A stretch of 64,000 bases of DNA, from positions 21,752 through 85,751 of the forward strand of contig CAZDFU010000001.1 of assembly GCA_964504985.1 (NCBI GenBank). The letters are read 5' to 3'. The position numbers and the translations under genes were made by a program. Origin of the DNA: an uncultured Gammaproteobacteria bacterium (lineage in GTDB: Bacteria > Patescibacteriota > Microgenomatia > Daviesbacterales > UBA10151). Below, piece by piece: positions 29,387 to 40,219 of this stretch. Each line of letters starts with the position of its first letter. Position 1 is the first letter of the stretch. The notes beneath the pieces were generated by a model, which was given only the letters and a program-made list of their open reading frames with translations, made no database searches and had not been told where the DNA came from.

Positions 29387-30430
29387 TTGTTTGGCTGCCC
29401 CTGCAAAATGGCAAGAACTGACTTTGTTATCCCTTCGCTTGGAAATAAATTTGTAGATTTAAGAGAGGTAATTCCTGGTGATTCTTTTAATTGGAGTTGG
29501 GTTAGGGCACTTTCCGGGGTTAATTATTTAGCAATTCATCATACAGCAGGCCCTGATACACAAACTCCCGCCCAGATTGCAAATTTCCATATTAACAGCA
29601 ATGGTTGGGGTGGCATTGGTTATCACTTTTTAATCTCCAAAGATGGGGTAGTTTATTATGTGGGTGATATTGCAACAGCCCGGGCTAATGTGGCTAATTT
29701 AAATGATGCTGTTATTGGTATTTGTTTAATTGGAAACTTTACAGCAGGCAAAGAGCCTACCTTAGCACAGATAGACTCTGCAAATAAACTTTGCGACTTT
29801 TTTATCAACAACTATCCTCCCCTTTCCAATGTAGATTCCTGGGATAAAGTGCGGGGCCATAAAGATTTACCTAACCAATCAACTGTTTGTCCGGGAGATG
29901 CTTGGCAAAGCTGGAGGGCCAGATTGGTATCAGCGCCACCTTCCCCTACCCCTGCTCCAGCTCCAACTCCTGCTCCAACTCCGGAGGACCGGGGGGCCCA
30001 GATTACAGAAAGTTATAGAACTGTTTTAGGAAGGGATCCTGATATGGGAGGATTACAAACTTATACCAACAGTCCCTTGAGTATAGACCAGATAATCCGT
30101 TCTATGGTGGAATCCCAGGAACATAAGGATCTTATAAGTTCAGCCAAAGAATCAGCTGGATTTAAATCTCAAATTGAAAATTTACAAACAACCCTTACCT
30201 CAGTTAACCAGCAATTAATAAGTCTGCAAGAAGCCTTACAAGACAGAGAGGCAGAAATTGCCCAGCTTAAAAAATCTTTGGCTGAAAAAGCAGTGGTTAC
30301 GCCTGGCGAAATACCTTCCCCTAAGTATGATGAGACTGTACAAAAACCAGACACTACCTTGACAATAGTAGGCGCTTTGATTAACTTATATAAGTTTATC
30401 TTCCCGCCCAGAAAGGAAGCTCCAATCTAA
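29387..30430 (+). CDS. N-acetylmuramoyl-L-alanine amidase (amidase_2/PGRP fold) with C-terminal DUF4214-like and coiled-coil region
   Basis: LAIHHTAG...NGWGGIGYHFLISKDGVVYYVGD...CPGDAWQ zinc-amidase residues; Pro/Ala linker; ITESYRTVLGRDPDMGGLQTY. Confidence 0.75.
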   Translation: MFGCPCKMARTDFVIPSLGNKFVDLREVIPGDSFNWSWVRALSGVNYLAIHHTAGPDTQTPAQIANFHINSNGWGGIGYHFLISKDGVVYYVGDIATARANVANLNDAVIGICLIGNFTAGKEPTLAQIDSANKLCDFFINNYPPLSNVDSWDKVRGHKDLPNQSTVCPGDAWQSWRARLVSAPPSPTPAPAPTPAPTPEDRGAQITESYRTVLGRDPDMGGLQTYTNSPLSIDQIIRSMVESQEHKDLISSAKESAGFKSQIENLQTTLTSVNQQLISLQEALQDREAEIAQLKKSLAEKAVVTPGEIPSPKYDETVQKPDTTLTIVGALINLYKFIFPPRKEAPI

Positions 30431-30448
30431 TCTGATTGGTAGTGTAAT

Positions 30449-30742
30449 TTGGATCAAATAAATTTATCTCCCCTGTCTATTATTTTTGCTTTTGCAACTT
30501 TAAATGAATCACTTATAGAATATTTATTTGGAAATGTTAAGCAGTTAAGGCCTTATTTGCCTCTTTTGGCGCTGGCAACATCAGTTTTTTTAACTTTTAC
30601 TTATCAGGTAAATATTTTATCTATGATTTTAGGTATTGAGAGTAACAACCCATTTTTGGATTTTCTTTTATCAGGTTTTATAGTTTCCAGAGGTTCAAAC
30701 TTTGTTAATGACATGGTGCAAAGATTTTTACGAAGTAAATAG
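30449..30742 (+). CDS. small membrane protein (possible second holin-like partner)
   Basis: 97 aa with 2-3 hydrophobic helices, immediately downstream of the amidase gene. Confidence 0.3.
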   Translation: MDQINLSPLSIIFAFATLNESLIEYLFGNVKQLRPYLPLLALATSVFLTFTYQVNILSMILGIESNNPFLDFLLSGFIVSRGSNFVNDMVQRFLRSK

Positions 30743-30755
30743 AGTCCAGAGTAAT

Positions 30756-30968
30756 TTAGGGGGTGGGTTTTCCGGCAAAGCCATATACCCAAAAGTCACC
30801 GGAAAAACCTATTACTTGATATGGCCAAGTTAAGATAACGCTATAAAATCCTGGAGAAAGAAAAGATAAAGCTGGCCACCTGTAATAGAGGGCAAATAGA
30901 ATTGCTGTAACAAAACCAACCATAAAGTACGCTGTTGCTATGGTAGAAATTAAAGAACTTCTCTTCAT
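30756..30968 (-). CDS. small membrane protein
   Basis: 70 aa, two TM helices, directly upstream of gyrA. Confidence 0.3.
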   Translation of the reverse strand: MKRSSLISTIATAYFMVGFVTAILFALYYRWPALSFLSPGFYSVILTWPYQVIGFSGDFWVYGFAGKPTP

Positions 30969-30969
30969 T

Positions 30970-33900
30970 TTATGATCCTATTTTTTCTTTAGAAGACACA
31001 ACTGTTGCTGCTGCTACCCTCTCTCCTGTCCTTACCCTCATTAATATTACTCCCTGGGTTTGTCTTTGCAGGGTTGGAACCTCTTTTAGATCCATTTTTA
31101 TAAGTTGTCCTTTGGTAGAAGTTAAAACTAATGTATCCATTAAGGGGTTTATGGCTTGGGCTGTCACAATAGGCCCTGTTTTGGTTGTAACCTGGGCAGC
31201 TTTAACGCCTTGTCCTCCCCTCCCCTGTTTGCTCCAGCTGGAAAACTTGGTTTTTTTACCCAATCCATTTTCCATTATAACCAAAAGTTCATCATCCTGG
31301 TTTTCTATAAAAGTCAGGGATACTACTTCGTCTGACCCACTAAGCCTTATTCCCCTAACCCCTGAGGTATCCCTATGAGTTGGTTTAACCTGTGATTCTG
31401 AGAAACGGATTGATTTTCCGCCTCTTGAGACTATAATCAAATCATCTTTCCCAGAGGTGGGACAAACCCAGCCCAACTCATCATCTTTATCAAGTTTAAT
31501 TGCTACCAGGCCGTTTTTGCGGATATTGGCATATTCAGTTATGGCAGTCTTTTTAACAGTGCCTTTTTTAGTGCACATGAAGAAAAATTTGGCTGCTTCC
31601 TCTTTTTGGCGGGTTGTTAAGACAGCGGTAACTTTTTCCCCCTGTTCAATATTGATTAAATTAACCACAGCCTGGCCTTTTGCAGCTCTTTGGGTTTCAG
31701 GAATCTCCCAGACTTTAATCTGAAAGACTCTGCCTTTGTCTGTGAAAAATAAAATACTGTCATGAGTTTGGGTATAAAAAATATGTGAAACAGCATCTGT
31801 GTCCTTGGTTGATATACCCATTACCCCTTTGCCACCGCGCTGCTGGGTTCTAAAAGAGTGTGGTGATTGTCTTTTGATATACCCGCCTTCTGTAATGGTT
31901 GCAATTGTTGTCTCATTTGCCACCAAATCTTCTTCTGAAAACTCCCCAACTTTTTGTTTATAAACCCTGGTTCTTCTATCATCTGCATATTTTTCCTTAA
32001 TTTTTATAAGTTCATCTTTAATTACTTTAAGGATCTTTTCTGGATGTGCTAATAAATCTTCCGGATAGGCAATGGTTTCCCTTACCATTTTTAACTCATC
32101 CTCAATTTTTTGTCTTTCCAAAGCAGCAAGACGCCTTAGCTGCATATCCAAAATGGCAACAGCCTGGATTTCTGTTAATTTGAATTTATCCATCAAATTC
32201 TGTCTTGCAGAATCAGCATCCTTGGATTTTTTAATAGTCTCAATAACTTCGTCGATATTATCAACTGCAATTTTTAGCCCTTCCAAAATATGTTCCCTGG
32301 CTTTGGCTTCTGCCAGTTCAAATTCAGATCTTTTGGTGACAACTACAATTCTATGATGGGTAAATTCTTCTAAGATTCTTTTTAAGGTTAAAAGATGAGG
32401 CACTCCATCTGAAAGGGCTACCAGATTAACATTAAAAACCGACTGCATGGACGTATATTTGTAAAGATTATTTAAAATAGACTGTGGCTTGGCATCCCTT
32501 TTTAGGTCAAAAACAATCCTGACCATTTGTTTTCTGTCTGATTCATCCCTTAGATCTGCAATGCCTTCTAATTTTTTATCTTTAACAAGGTCTGCAATTC
32601 TGGCAATTAAGGTTGCTTTATTTACCTGGTACGGCAGCTCGGAAACAATAATCTGCATTTTTCCCTGTGGTGTTTCATCTATTTCTGCTTTGGCTCTCAT
32701 AACTATTCTGCCCTTACCAGTAGCATAAGCTGATAAAATTTCTGTTTGATCATAAATAGATGCGCCTGTAGGAAAATCTGGGCCTTTAATAAATTGCATC
32801 AGGTCCTCAACATTTGCCTCAGAGCGGAAAACTTTATCAGAATGAGGTTGTTCACCTGAATTTTCAGGAGCTTGAGGTTTTAATTTAGCATCTGGTTTTT
32901 CTGGATGCTCTATTAGATAAATCAAAGCATCACATACCTCCCCCAGATTATGAGGCGGGATTTGAGTAGCCATACCAACAGCAATACCAGAGGCTCCATT
33001 TAAAAGTAAGTTTGGTATAACAGAAGGCAGGAGTATTGGTTCTTTGGTTGTTCCAGAATAATTATCAATAAAATCAACAGTTTTTTTATTTATATCCCTT
33101 AAAAGCTCATCAGCTATGGCAGATAATCTAGCTTCAGTATTATGGTTTATAAAACCATTTCCTACAAAAGAATGACATTTGCTGTCTACTTTTAAAGAAT
33201 ACACAGTTTGAATTCCACCGTCTTCTATTTGGGAGACAGAATCAAATAGGTAATTATTTGAAATTAAATGTTCAAATAATAATTGGGTATCGAGTTTTAA
33301 AGTTGGTATAACAGTTGGCACTATCTGGCTATAATTTGAGGTTAAATTAGCATAGCGGTCAAAATTATGTTTTATAGCAAATTCACGTTTGACATAGGAT
33401 AAATTATGGTCTAACTGGCCTAGAACATATTTTCTTAAGAAAGGGACATAATCCAAAAGTGATGAATCTTTATGTAAGGAAAATAATATTTTTTCTAATT
33501 TCCCATTTTTATGTTCAGATAAAAAACCAATTTCTCTTTGGAATAACCTGTAATTCCTAAGACCTCTTATATATAACTTATGAGTTGACCTAAATTTATC
33601 AAATCTTTTAGTTGAGGCAATACCAAATCTTAAAAGGATAATTTGTAATTGACTAATAAGCTTTTCACTTACAGATATAGCTGATAACTCAACCATTTTT
33701 ATACTGCTGCTTATACTTCCATCACCTTCAAAATAAGCCTGCAAAAATCTAGCAACTACTTCTTTAGAAGATTGTAGGATAACTTGAGGGATTTCTTTTT
33801 GTGCTGCTTTAAGAGGGTTTAAGCCTAGGTTTTTCAAAAACTCAATAATATATAAACTATGGATCTCTAATCTATAATATGGTTTCTTACCATAAGAGCT

Positions 33901-34842
33901 TGGTTGTTTTAAAAATTTATGTAAATGACAATCAGGGAAAACCTCTTTCCAAATCATCTCAAATTCATTTATCCAGTTTTCATCACTGTTGCAAAATTCA
34001 ATTTTTTTCTTTCCTACATATCCTTCTGAAATAAGTGCCCCCAGAATATATGCTAAATCAGAATTTAAAGTTTTTGGTAAAATTTTAACCTCAGTCCTAT
34101 AACTTGGATCTTTAGGAATGAATTCCTTTAGAGATATTTCCCCTGTTGGCCAGATGAGATCTGAGGTTCTATCGATAACAGTTATATCCCCTTTTCCGAT
34201 TTGACTAAGTAGTTTCCATTTATACTCAGGTTTACCGGTAATTGGATTTTTAACCCATGTTAACAAAGGATGATTATGAGATCCTTGAATGGTAAATCCC
34301 TGGTTTGTTGTAATCTTGATTGTTGGGTGATGGCCACTATCAAACCATTTTGAAGTTTTATTAATAGTGCGGTTTCTGGAAAGTATTGATGTTTTAAAAT
34401 CCTCTGATTGATTTGGTGAAATATCTTTAATTTGTTGAAGACCTTTTTCAGTAACTATTAAAGTATCACCAGTAATGCAATACCGCATGGCTGCTGGTGA
34501 ATCCCCGTCAATTGAACCAAAATTTCCCTGGCCATCAATTAGCATATACCTCATAGAAAAATTCTGAGCCATTCTAACCATAGCCTCATAAACAGGGGCA
34601 TCTCCGTGTGGATGAAGATTTTTCAAAACTTCTCCCACCACTGCTGCAGATTTTTGATACCTGGAGGTATGGTGCAGGCCTTGTTCAGACATGGCAAAGA
34701 TAATTCTTCTTTGAACAGGTTTAAGGCCATCTCTTACATCAGGCAAGGCACGGGACACTATAACGCTCATGGCGTAATCCAGATAGGATTTTTGCATTTC
34801 TTCAATAATAGGAGCTGGTTGAACTTTTCCGATATTTGCCAT
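30970..34842 (-). CDS. gyrA: DNA gyrase subunit A, interrupted in-frame by an intein
   Basis: 1290-aa ORF; exteins total 843 aa with GyrA motifs (active-site region ...[16 protein letters not shown]|TEARL...). An intein sits between AMRY and TEARL. Confidence 0.9.
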   Translation of the reverse strand: MANIGKVQPAPIIEEMQKSYLDYAMSVIVSRALPDVRDGLKPVQRRIIFAMSEQGLHHTSRYQKSAAVVGEVLKNLHPHGDAPVYEAMVRMAQNFSMRYMLIDGQGNFGSIDGDSPAAMRYCITGDTLIVTEKGLQQIKDISPNQSEDFKTSILSRNRTINKTSKWFDSGHHPTIKITTNQGFTIQGSHNHPLLTWVKNPITGKPEYKWKLLSQIGKGDITVIDRTSDLIWPTGEISLKEFIPKDPSYRTEVKILPKTLNSDLAYILGALISEGYVGKKKIEFCNSDENWINEFEMIWKEVFPDCHLHKFLKQPSSYGKKPYYRLEIHSLYIIEFLKNLGLNPLKAAQKEIPQVILQSSKEVVARFLQAYFEGDGSISSSIKMVELSAISVSEKLISQLQIILLRFGIASTKRFDKFRSTHKLYIRGLRNYRLFQREIGFLSEHKNGKLEKILFSLHKDSSLLDYVPFLRKYVLGQLDHNLSYVKREFAIKHNFDRYANLTSNYSQIVPTVIPTLKLDTQLLFEHLISNNYLFDSVSQIEDGGIQTVYSLKVDSKCHSFVGNGFINHNTEARLSAIADELLRDINKKTVDFIDNYSGTTKEPILLPSVIPNLLLNGASGIAVGMATQIPPHNLGEVCDALIYLIEHPEKPDAKLKPQAPENSGEQPHSDKVFRSEANVEDLMQFIKGPDFPTGASIYDQTEILSAYATGKGRIVMRAKAEIDETPQGKMQIIVSELPYQVNKATLIARIADLVKDKKLEGIADLRDESDRKQMVRIVFDLKRDAKPQSILNNLYKYTSMQSVFNVNLVALSDGVPHLLTLKRILEEFTHHRIVVVTKRSEFELAEAKAREHILEGLKIAVDNIDEVIETIKKSKDADSARQNLMDKFKLTEIQAVAILDMQLRRLAALERQKIEDELKMVRETIAYPEDLLAHPEKILKVIKDELIKIKEKYADDRRTRVYKQKVGEFSEEDLVANETTIATITEGGYIKRQSPHSFRTQQRGGKGVMGISTKDTDAVSHIFYTQTHDSILFFTDKGRVFQIKVWEIPETQRAAKGQAVVNLINIEQGEKVTAVLTTRQKEEAAKFFFMCTKKGTVKKTAITEYANIRKNGLVAIKLDKDDELGWVCPTSGKDDLIIVSRGGKSIRFSESQVKPTHRDTSGVRGIRLSGSDEVVSLTFIENQDDELLVIMENGLGKKTKFSSWSKQGRGGQGVKAAQVTTKTGPIVTAQAINPLMDTLVLTSTKGQLIKMDLKEVPTLQRQTQGVILMRVRTGERVAAATVVSSKEKIGS
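33139..34479 (-). mobile_element. GyrA intein (447 aa) with LAGLIDADG homing-endonuclease domain
   Basis: Begins CITGDTLIV (block A) and ends VGNGFINHN followed by extein T (+1 nucleophile). Internal [14 protein letters not shown] and [20 protein letters not shown] motifs. Boundaries checked against codons at 34477-34479 (TGC) and 33139-33141 (AAT). Confidence 0.85.
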
Positions 34843-34927
34843 AAATTGAGGCCTGAAAAAAGAGCTTGCGCCCGGATTTGATTATACCTGTTTTAGCTTC
34901 TTATAAGCAAGACACAATATAGCTAAG

Positions 34928-35572
34928 CTAAGAAGATAAAGGGTGTTTTTTGGGCCAGGTTTTCCAGGCCATTTTATTTCCGGAGGAAAGAACTTGTCCA
35001 TCTCTGTATAAAGGAAATTCATCTTTTTCAACTTCATGAAGATGATCAGGATTTTTGATATGATCATAAAATAAAATTCCATTAAGGTGATCAATTTCAT
35101 GTTGGAAAATCCTGGCTATGTAACCGGTCCATTTTTCCTCTATAGAAGTCAACCTGGGAGGTTGTTTAGCTAGACGGCCTAGGGATTTTAAGACAATTGC
35201 CCTGATTTTAATGGCTTTCGGTCTGGAAACAATACCGCAGATTTTGCCGGTTGAGTAACAACCCTCATACCATTTTGCTTTTGTTTTAGAACTCCATATA
35301 ATTTCTGGATTAACATATATTCTTAAATCGCCTACTTTTCCTCTTCCATTAGCTTTTGTATCAACCAAAATAATTCTTTTTGAAATACCAATTTGAGGGG
35401 CAGCAAGTCCAACCATAATTGGTTTTTTACTATTTTTTTGTTCCCCATGAGCAATTTTAAGCATTTTTTCTATAATTTTTTTAGTTTGATTGGAAAGAAT
35501 TTCTTGCGCTGGTATTTTTGAAGATCTTTTTTTAAGAAGCAGATTATTAGGTTTTAGAAATAAATTTCTCAT
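34928..35572 (-). CDS. def: peptide deformylase
   Basis: GLAAPQIG, EGCYS and HEIDHLNG motifs; start assigned to the internal Met. Confidence 0.8.
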   Translation of the reverse strand: MRNLFLKPNNLLLKKRSSKIPAQEILSNQTKKIIEKMLKIAHGEQKNSKKPIMVGLAAPQIGISKRIILVDTKANGRGKVGDLRIYVNPEIIWSSKTKAKWYEGCYSTGKICGIVSRPKAIKIRAIVLKSLGRLAKQPPRLTSIEEKWTGYIARIFQHEIDHLNGILFYDHIKNPDHLHEVEKDEFPLYRDGQVLSSGNKMAWKTWPKKHPLSS

Positions 35573-35600
35573 TTTCCCGGGTTGAGTATATAATATTCCA

Positions 35601-36779
35601 ATGAGCAAGTTGAGAGTAGGTTGGTTTTTTGGTGGCAGGTCTACAGAACATGAAGTTTCTGTGATAACAGCCCTTCAGGCATACGGGAATCTAAATAAAG
35701 AAAAGTATGAAGTAATTCCTATATATATTAGTAAGCAGGGTGATTTTTATACCAACTCTAAATTTTTAGAACTTAAGAATTACAAAGATATTGATTTTCT
35801 GGTTTTATCCTCAACCAAAATTACCATGGGAAGAAAAGATGGAAAAGGTGGATTTTTCACACAAGGTTTTTTGGGAGGGTTTACTCCCCTGGATTTAGCT
35901 TTCCCTCTTTTTCATGGATCATTTGGGGAAGATGGCTCTTTTCAAGGTCTTATGGAAATGTGTCAAATTCCCTATTCAGGATTTAATGTTTTGGGAGGGG
36001 TAGTTTCCATGGATAAAGAAATTTCCAAAGCCTTCTTTCAATCTTTAGGATTTTTAACAGCAAAAGGAGTCAGTGTACAAAGAAATGATTGGAACCAAAA
36101 TTCTAAAAAAATATTAAAAGATATAACTTCCCAAATAAAATTTCCTGTATTTGTAAAACCTGCTGATATTGGTTCAACAATTGGAGTAAATAAAGCAAAT
36201 GACCTGCAACAGTTAGATTTTAATATAGAGGTAGCTTTTACATATTCAGATAAGGTGATTATTGAAGAGAGCTTAGAAGGATTAATGGAAGTTAATTGTG
36301 CAGCTTTGGGGTACAAAGAAGTGATTGCCTCAGTTTGTGAAATGCCTGTTAGATCTGGGGATAGTTTGTCATATGCGGATAAATATATGAAAGGCAGTAA
36401 GGGTTCAAAGGGAAGTAAGGGTGCTGGAATGGCTTCATTAACAAGACAAATCCCTGCTCCAATTTCTCAAAGTTTAACTAAAAAAATTCAGGATGCAACA
36501 GTTAAAATTTTTAAGGCCATGGAGGGTTGCGGGATTGCCAGAATTGATTATTTTGTAGATCGTAAAAAAGAAACTTTTTATGTTAATGAAGTGAATTCTC
36601 CTCCAGGGTCCTTGGCTTTTTATCTTTTTGATGTATTAGAAGTGGGAATAAAATATCCTGTTCTTTTGGATAGGATTATTGAAGATGGTTTGAAGCGTTT
36701 TGAAGATCAAAAAAAGACCCAATTTACTTTTAATTCACCCCTTCTTTCTCAACTGGCTCAAAAAGGTTCGCCTCGCTGA
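35601..36779 (+). CDS. ddl: D-alanine--D-alanine ligase
   Basis: VGWFFGGRSTEHEVSVITA N-terminus and ATP-grasp C-terminus; contains a (KGS)x3 insertion. Confidence 0.85.
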   Translation: MSKLRVGWFFGGRSTEHEVSVITALQAYGNLNKEKYEVIPIYISKQGDFYTNSKFLELKNYKDIDFLVLSSTKITMGRKDGKGGFFTQGFLGGFTPLDLAFPLFHGSFGEDGSFQGLMEMCQIPYSGFNVLGGVVSMDKEISKAFFQSLGFLTAKGVSVQRNDWNQNSKKILKDITSQIKFPVFVKPADIGSTIGVNKANDLQQLDFNIEVAFTYSDKVIIEESLEGLMEVNCAALGYKEVIASVCEMPVRSGDSLSYADKYMKGSKGSKGSKGAGMASLTRQIPAPISQSLTKKIQDATVKIFKAMEGCGIARIDYFVDRKKETFYVNEVNSPPGSLAFYLFDVLEVGIKYPVLLDRIIEDGLKRFEDQKKTQFTFNSPLLSQLAQKGSPR

Positions 36780-36831
36780 AGTTTCGGCGAGCGGGTGAAG
36801 CTACGCCAAAGGCGGGCGAAGCGGGCAATCT

Positions 36832-38280
36832 CTAATTATACTGATCCGGCAAGTCACCTTCTAAAAGTACGGTAACTTTTCCGTCTGTTCTAGCCAGTCT
36901 TTGGATATATTCTCCAGCAAGTTGTTCAGCTAGGGATATTCCCTCTTTTGTGGAGTTTGCAAAATAAACCCTGTCTTCTGATGTCACCATTTTTATCCCT
37001 GTGACTAAATCAGCTTTATTTTCTTCCCCCACTATAATAACCTCATCTGCAACAGTGGCAATTTCTTTTCCCAGCTTTTTATTTGCCCCAGCTGCCTCTT
37101 TTCCTAACTCCACAAATCCCGGGGTAATTATTATTTTTCGATAGTCTTTAAATTGTGAAAGCAATTTCAAAGAGCCTTCTGTTGATTTTGGATTTATATT
37201 GTAGGAATTATCAATCAAAGTAATTTGCCCCATTTTTTTAATTTCCAACCTGTGTGGAGTTGGCAGTAAAAGCTTTGCTCTTTCTTTAATTTCTTCTAAA
37301 GTTAAGCCAACCTCTATTGCAGCAATTGAGGCAGCTAAAAAATTAACAGCATGATGCTCTCCAATTAAAGGGATCTGAATGTCTGCTTTCCCCTTAGGGG
37401 TAATGAGTGTAAAAGCAGTTCCTTGTATTGTTGTTTTAATATTACTTATTCTGTATTGATCATCATCCCTTCCATAAAAATCCGTGCGGATACCTTCGAG
37501 GTTCACGCACAGATTGGTTAACATTTTATAGTTTCCGTTTAATAGAATAACTCCTTCACTTTTTACATTCTCTGCCAGTTCAAATTTGGCTCTGGCAATA
37601 TTTTCCAAAGAGCCAAATTTTTCCAGATGTTGTGGGGCTACTGCAGTGATTATCCCAATACTTGGTTTGATAAGTTTGGTAATTTTGGCAATCTCTCCTT
37701 TTTTATAAGCTCCAACTTCACAAATAAAAACATCAGTATTTTCTTTAACAAGTTCTAAAACAGTTTGAGTAATCCCTAAAGGAGTATTAAAACTTTTTGG
37801 GGTTTTTACAACGAAGTATTTCTTAAATAAAAGTGTATGTAAAATATCTTTGGTGGAAGTTTTCCCAAAAGAACCTGTGATAGCTATAACCTTTAAGTTA
37901 GAAAGCTTTTCTAATTTTTCTTTTGCTGCTGAGATAATTTTTCTTTTTTGATAATACTCAATTGGCCAGATTAAAATTTGAGAAGCAATTAAAAAAAGTG
38001 GAGAAAAAAATGCTTTTAATGGTAAGAAAAAAATAACTGTCCATACATTATTAAAAAAATAAAGTGAGTTAAATAGACTATCAATTATTATTAAAGAAAA
38101 AGAAACTAAAAATAAAAATTTTGCTTTTGATGTCCAAGTAAGTTTGTGCTTTTTTTGCAAGTTTCTTTTGAAAGGATTTTTTAAAAACCACTTCAAAAAA
38201 TCAAACCAGTTATATTCCAAAACCTGGAATATGTATAAGTGATCAATTAATGGGAATATTTTAAACATAATCTTCAACAT
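36832..38280 (-). CDS. murF: UDP-N-acetylmuramoyl-tripeptide--D-alanyl-D-alanine ligase, with N-terminal TM extension
   Basis: AITGSFGKTSTKD P-loop and Mur ligase middle/C domains. Confidence 0.8.
   Translation of the reverse strand: MLKIMFKIFPLIDHLYIFQVLEYNWFDFLKWFLKNPFKRNLQKKHKLTWTSKAKFLFLVSFSLIIIDSLFNSLYFFNNVWTVIFFLPLKAFFSPLFLIASQILIWPIEYYQKRKIISAAKEKLEKLSNLKVIAITGSFGKTSTKDILHTLLFKKYFVVKTPKSFNTPLGITQTVLELVKENTDVFICEVGAYKKGEIAKITKLIKPSIGIITAVAPQHLEKFGSLENIARAKFELAENVKSEGVILLNGNYKMLTNLCVNLEGIRTDFYGRDDDQYRISNIKTTIQGTAFTLITPKGKADIQIPLIGEHHAVNFLAASIAAIEVGLTLEEIKERAKLLLPTPHRLEIKKMGQITLIDNSYNINPKSTEGSLKLLSQFKDYRKIIITPGFVELGKEAAGANKKLGKEIATVADEVIIVGEENKADLVTGIKMVTSEDRVYFANSTKEGISLAEQLAGEYIQRLARTDGKVTVLLEGDLPDQYN
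37483..37510. repeat. imperfect TCGA-centred palindrome inside murF
   Basis: CCGTGCGGATACCTTCGAGGTTCACGCAC; encodes CVNLEGIRT on the minus strand. Confidence 0.5.
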
Positions 38281-39004
38281 AGGTTATAAATAATTTGGGG
38301 TTATGGGTATGCAAAAAATGCCCCATTCCCTCTACTATCACAATCTTAGAATTTTTTATTTTCTGATACATCCTTATCCCGTATTTTAATGGTACAGCCC
38401 TGTCTTCTTCTCCCCAAATAATCAATGTTTCATTTTTTATTTTTTCTAAATCAGATGATAAATCCTCTTTTAAAGTTTTTACTAAAGCGTCTTTCATTAC
38501 ACCTGCATCATAATAATCTGACTCGAGTCTTATGTAAAACTTTTTCCTGATAAGGGATTTAAGATTAAAAACATCCGGTACTAAAAAATGTCCAATTCTT
38601 GCCAGTGAATAAATGATTGACCTTTTTAAATTCATATCTGTTTTCATACCTGATGCTCCTGCAATAACTAACTTATCAATTAGGTCTCCATTTTCAGCTG
38701 CCAGTCTTAACGAAACTTTCCCTCCAAAAGAATGTCCTAAAAGTGAGGGTTTTTTGATTCTCATTTTATTAATAAATTTTTCAATAATTTTGGCATAGTT
38801 ATTTGAATTAAATACTTGTTTTGGAACATCACTTCTGCCAAAGCCGGGCAGATCAATTAACCAAAGCGTGTAATTTTGCGATAAAGATTCTATTAAGCCC
38901 CAAAATGTTGAAACATCCTGTCCCCAGCCATGAAGCATTATTAAGTCAGGTCCTTTACCAACTTTTTGGTAATAAATATTTAAACCATTAATAGCCGTGT
39001 ACAT
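38261..39004 (-). CDS. alpha/beta-fold hydrolase
   Basis: GHSFGG nucleophile elbow; HG..Q oxyanion region. Confidence 0.65.
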   Translation of the reverse strand: MYTAINGLNIYYQKVGKGPDLIMLHGWGQDVSTFWGLIESLSQNYTLWLIDLPGFGRSDVPKQVFNSNNYAKIIEKFINKMRIKKPSLLGHSFGGKVSLRLAAENGDLIDKLVIAGASGMKTDMNLKRSIIYSLARIGHFLVPDVFNLKSLIRKKFYIRLESDYYDAGVMKDALVKTLKEDLSSDLEKIKNETLIIWGEEDRAVPLKYGIRMYQKIKNSKIVIVEGMGHFLHTHNPKLFITYVEDYV

Positions 39005-40122
39005 TAGATGATTACCCTTTTTATTGATGATGCTAAATTGACTAAAATTTCATAAGGAATTTTTCCACAAAGTTTGGCTGTATTTATAATAGAATTTTTA
39101 TCTTTTGGATTACCTGAATAAATTATTACCTCCTGACCCACTTTTGGATTTTTTATATTAGTTAAATCAATTGCACAAATATTCATACTAATTCTGCCGA
39201 CATATTTACAGTATTTATCATTAACCTGAACAAAGCCTATATTTGATAAATTCCTATCAACTCCATCATAGTAACCAATTGGCAAGATTCCAAGAGTCAT
39301 TTGTTTTTCGGCTCTAAATATTCCGTTATACCCTACTCTATCCTGGGTATTTATTTTCTTAATCTGAATGATTTTGCTTTTTAATGAGAGAACGGGTTTT
39401 AATTTATGTTTTTTAGAAATGCCATACAGAGCAATACCTGTCCTTGCTAAATTTACGTTTACACCTTTAAGGTGTAAAGCTAAACCATCTGAGTTTTGCA
39501 GGTGGATCCATTTAGGATTAAAACCACTTTTTCTTATTATCTCCAATGCTTTTTTAAAGTTTTTAATTTGCATTTTATTTAAAGGATCTTTTTTATCATC
39601 AGATGAAGCAAAGTGTGACATTAAACCATCAATTGTTAAATTTTTAAATTGTTTTAATGCTTTCAGCAGTTCAGGTAAATCTTCTAATTTTACCCCTTCC
39701 CTATTCATGCCAGTATCTACAAAAATATGTACCTTACATCCTGGTTGGTATTTATTCAAAACCTGAGTAGTTTCTAAATCAAATAAAGCATACGAAAACG
39801 GGAGTTGTTTTACTTTTAAATTTCCAGGATCTGTATAGCCCATTATTAAAATAGGGGTTTTTATTCCTAATTTTAAAAGCTCATATGCCTCATACAATGA
39901 ATCAACACAAAAATATGGGGCATTAACTGGATCCAAGATTTTGGCAACAATATTTATCCCATGTCCATAAGCATTGCTTTTTAGAACTAGCGCTACTCTC
40001 ACCTTTTTATCAATCAAGGATAGGTATCTATAATTTGAGAGCAGATTATTTTTTGAAATCTCTATCAAATTTAAAACCCGATAATCTCTTTTAAATTTTC
40101 CTAGTAAATTATTAATCATCAA
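39004..40122 (-). CDS. alr: alanine racemase
   Basis: VALVLKSNAYGHGI PLP-lysine motif. Confidence 0.8.
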   Translation of the reverse strand: MMINNLLGKFKRDYRVLNLIEISKNNLLSNYRYLSLIDKKVRVALVLKSNAYGHGINIVAKILDPVNAPYFCVDSLYEAYELLKLGIKTPILIMGYTDPGNLKVKQLPFSYALFDLETTQVLNKYQPGCKVHIFVDTGMNREGVKLEDLPELLKALKQFKNLTIDGLMSHFASSDDKKDPLNKMQIKNFKKALEIIRKSGFNPKWIHLQNSDGLALHLKGVNVNLARTGIALYGISKKHKLKPVLSLKSKIIQIKKINTQDRVGYNGIFRAEKQMTLGILPIGYYDGVDRNLSNIGFVQVNDKYCKYVGRISMNICAIDLTNIKNPKVGQEVIIYSGNPKDKNSIINTAKLCGKIPYEILVNLASSIKRVII

Positions 40123-40219
40123 ACGGCAGATTAATAATTATACTGCAATGAAATATTTATTTCCTTTATCCAATATATTGTGGATTGACTAAAGTTTATG
40201 TCTGATTTATTGTGGTAAT

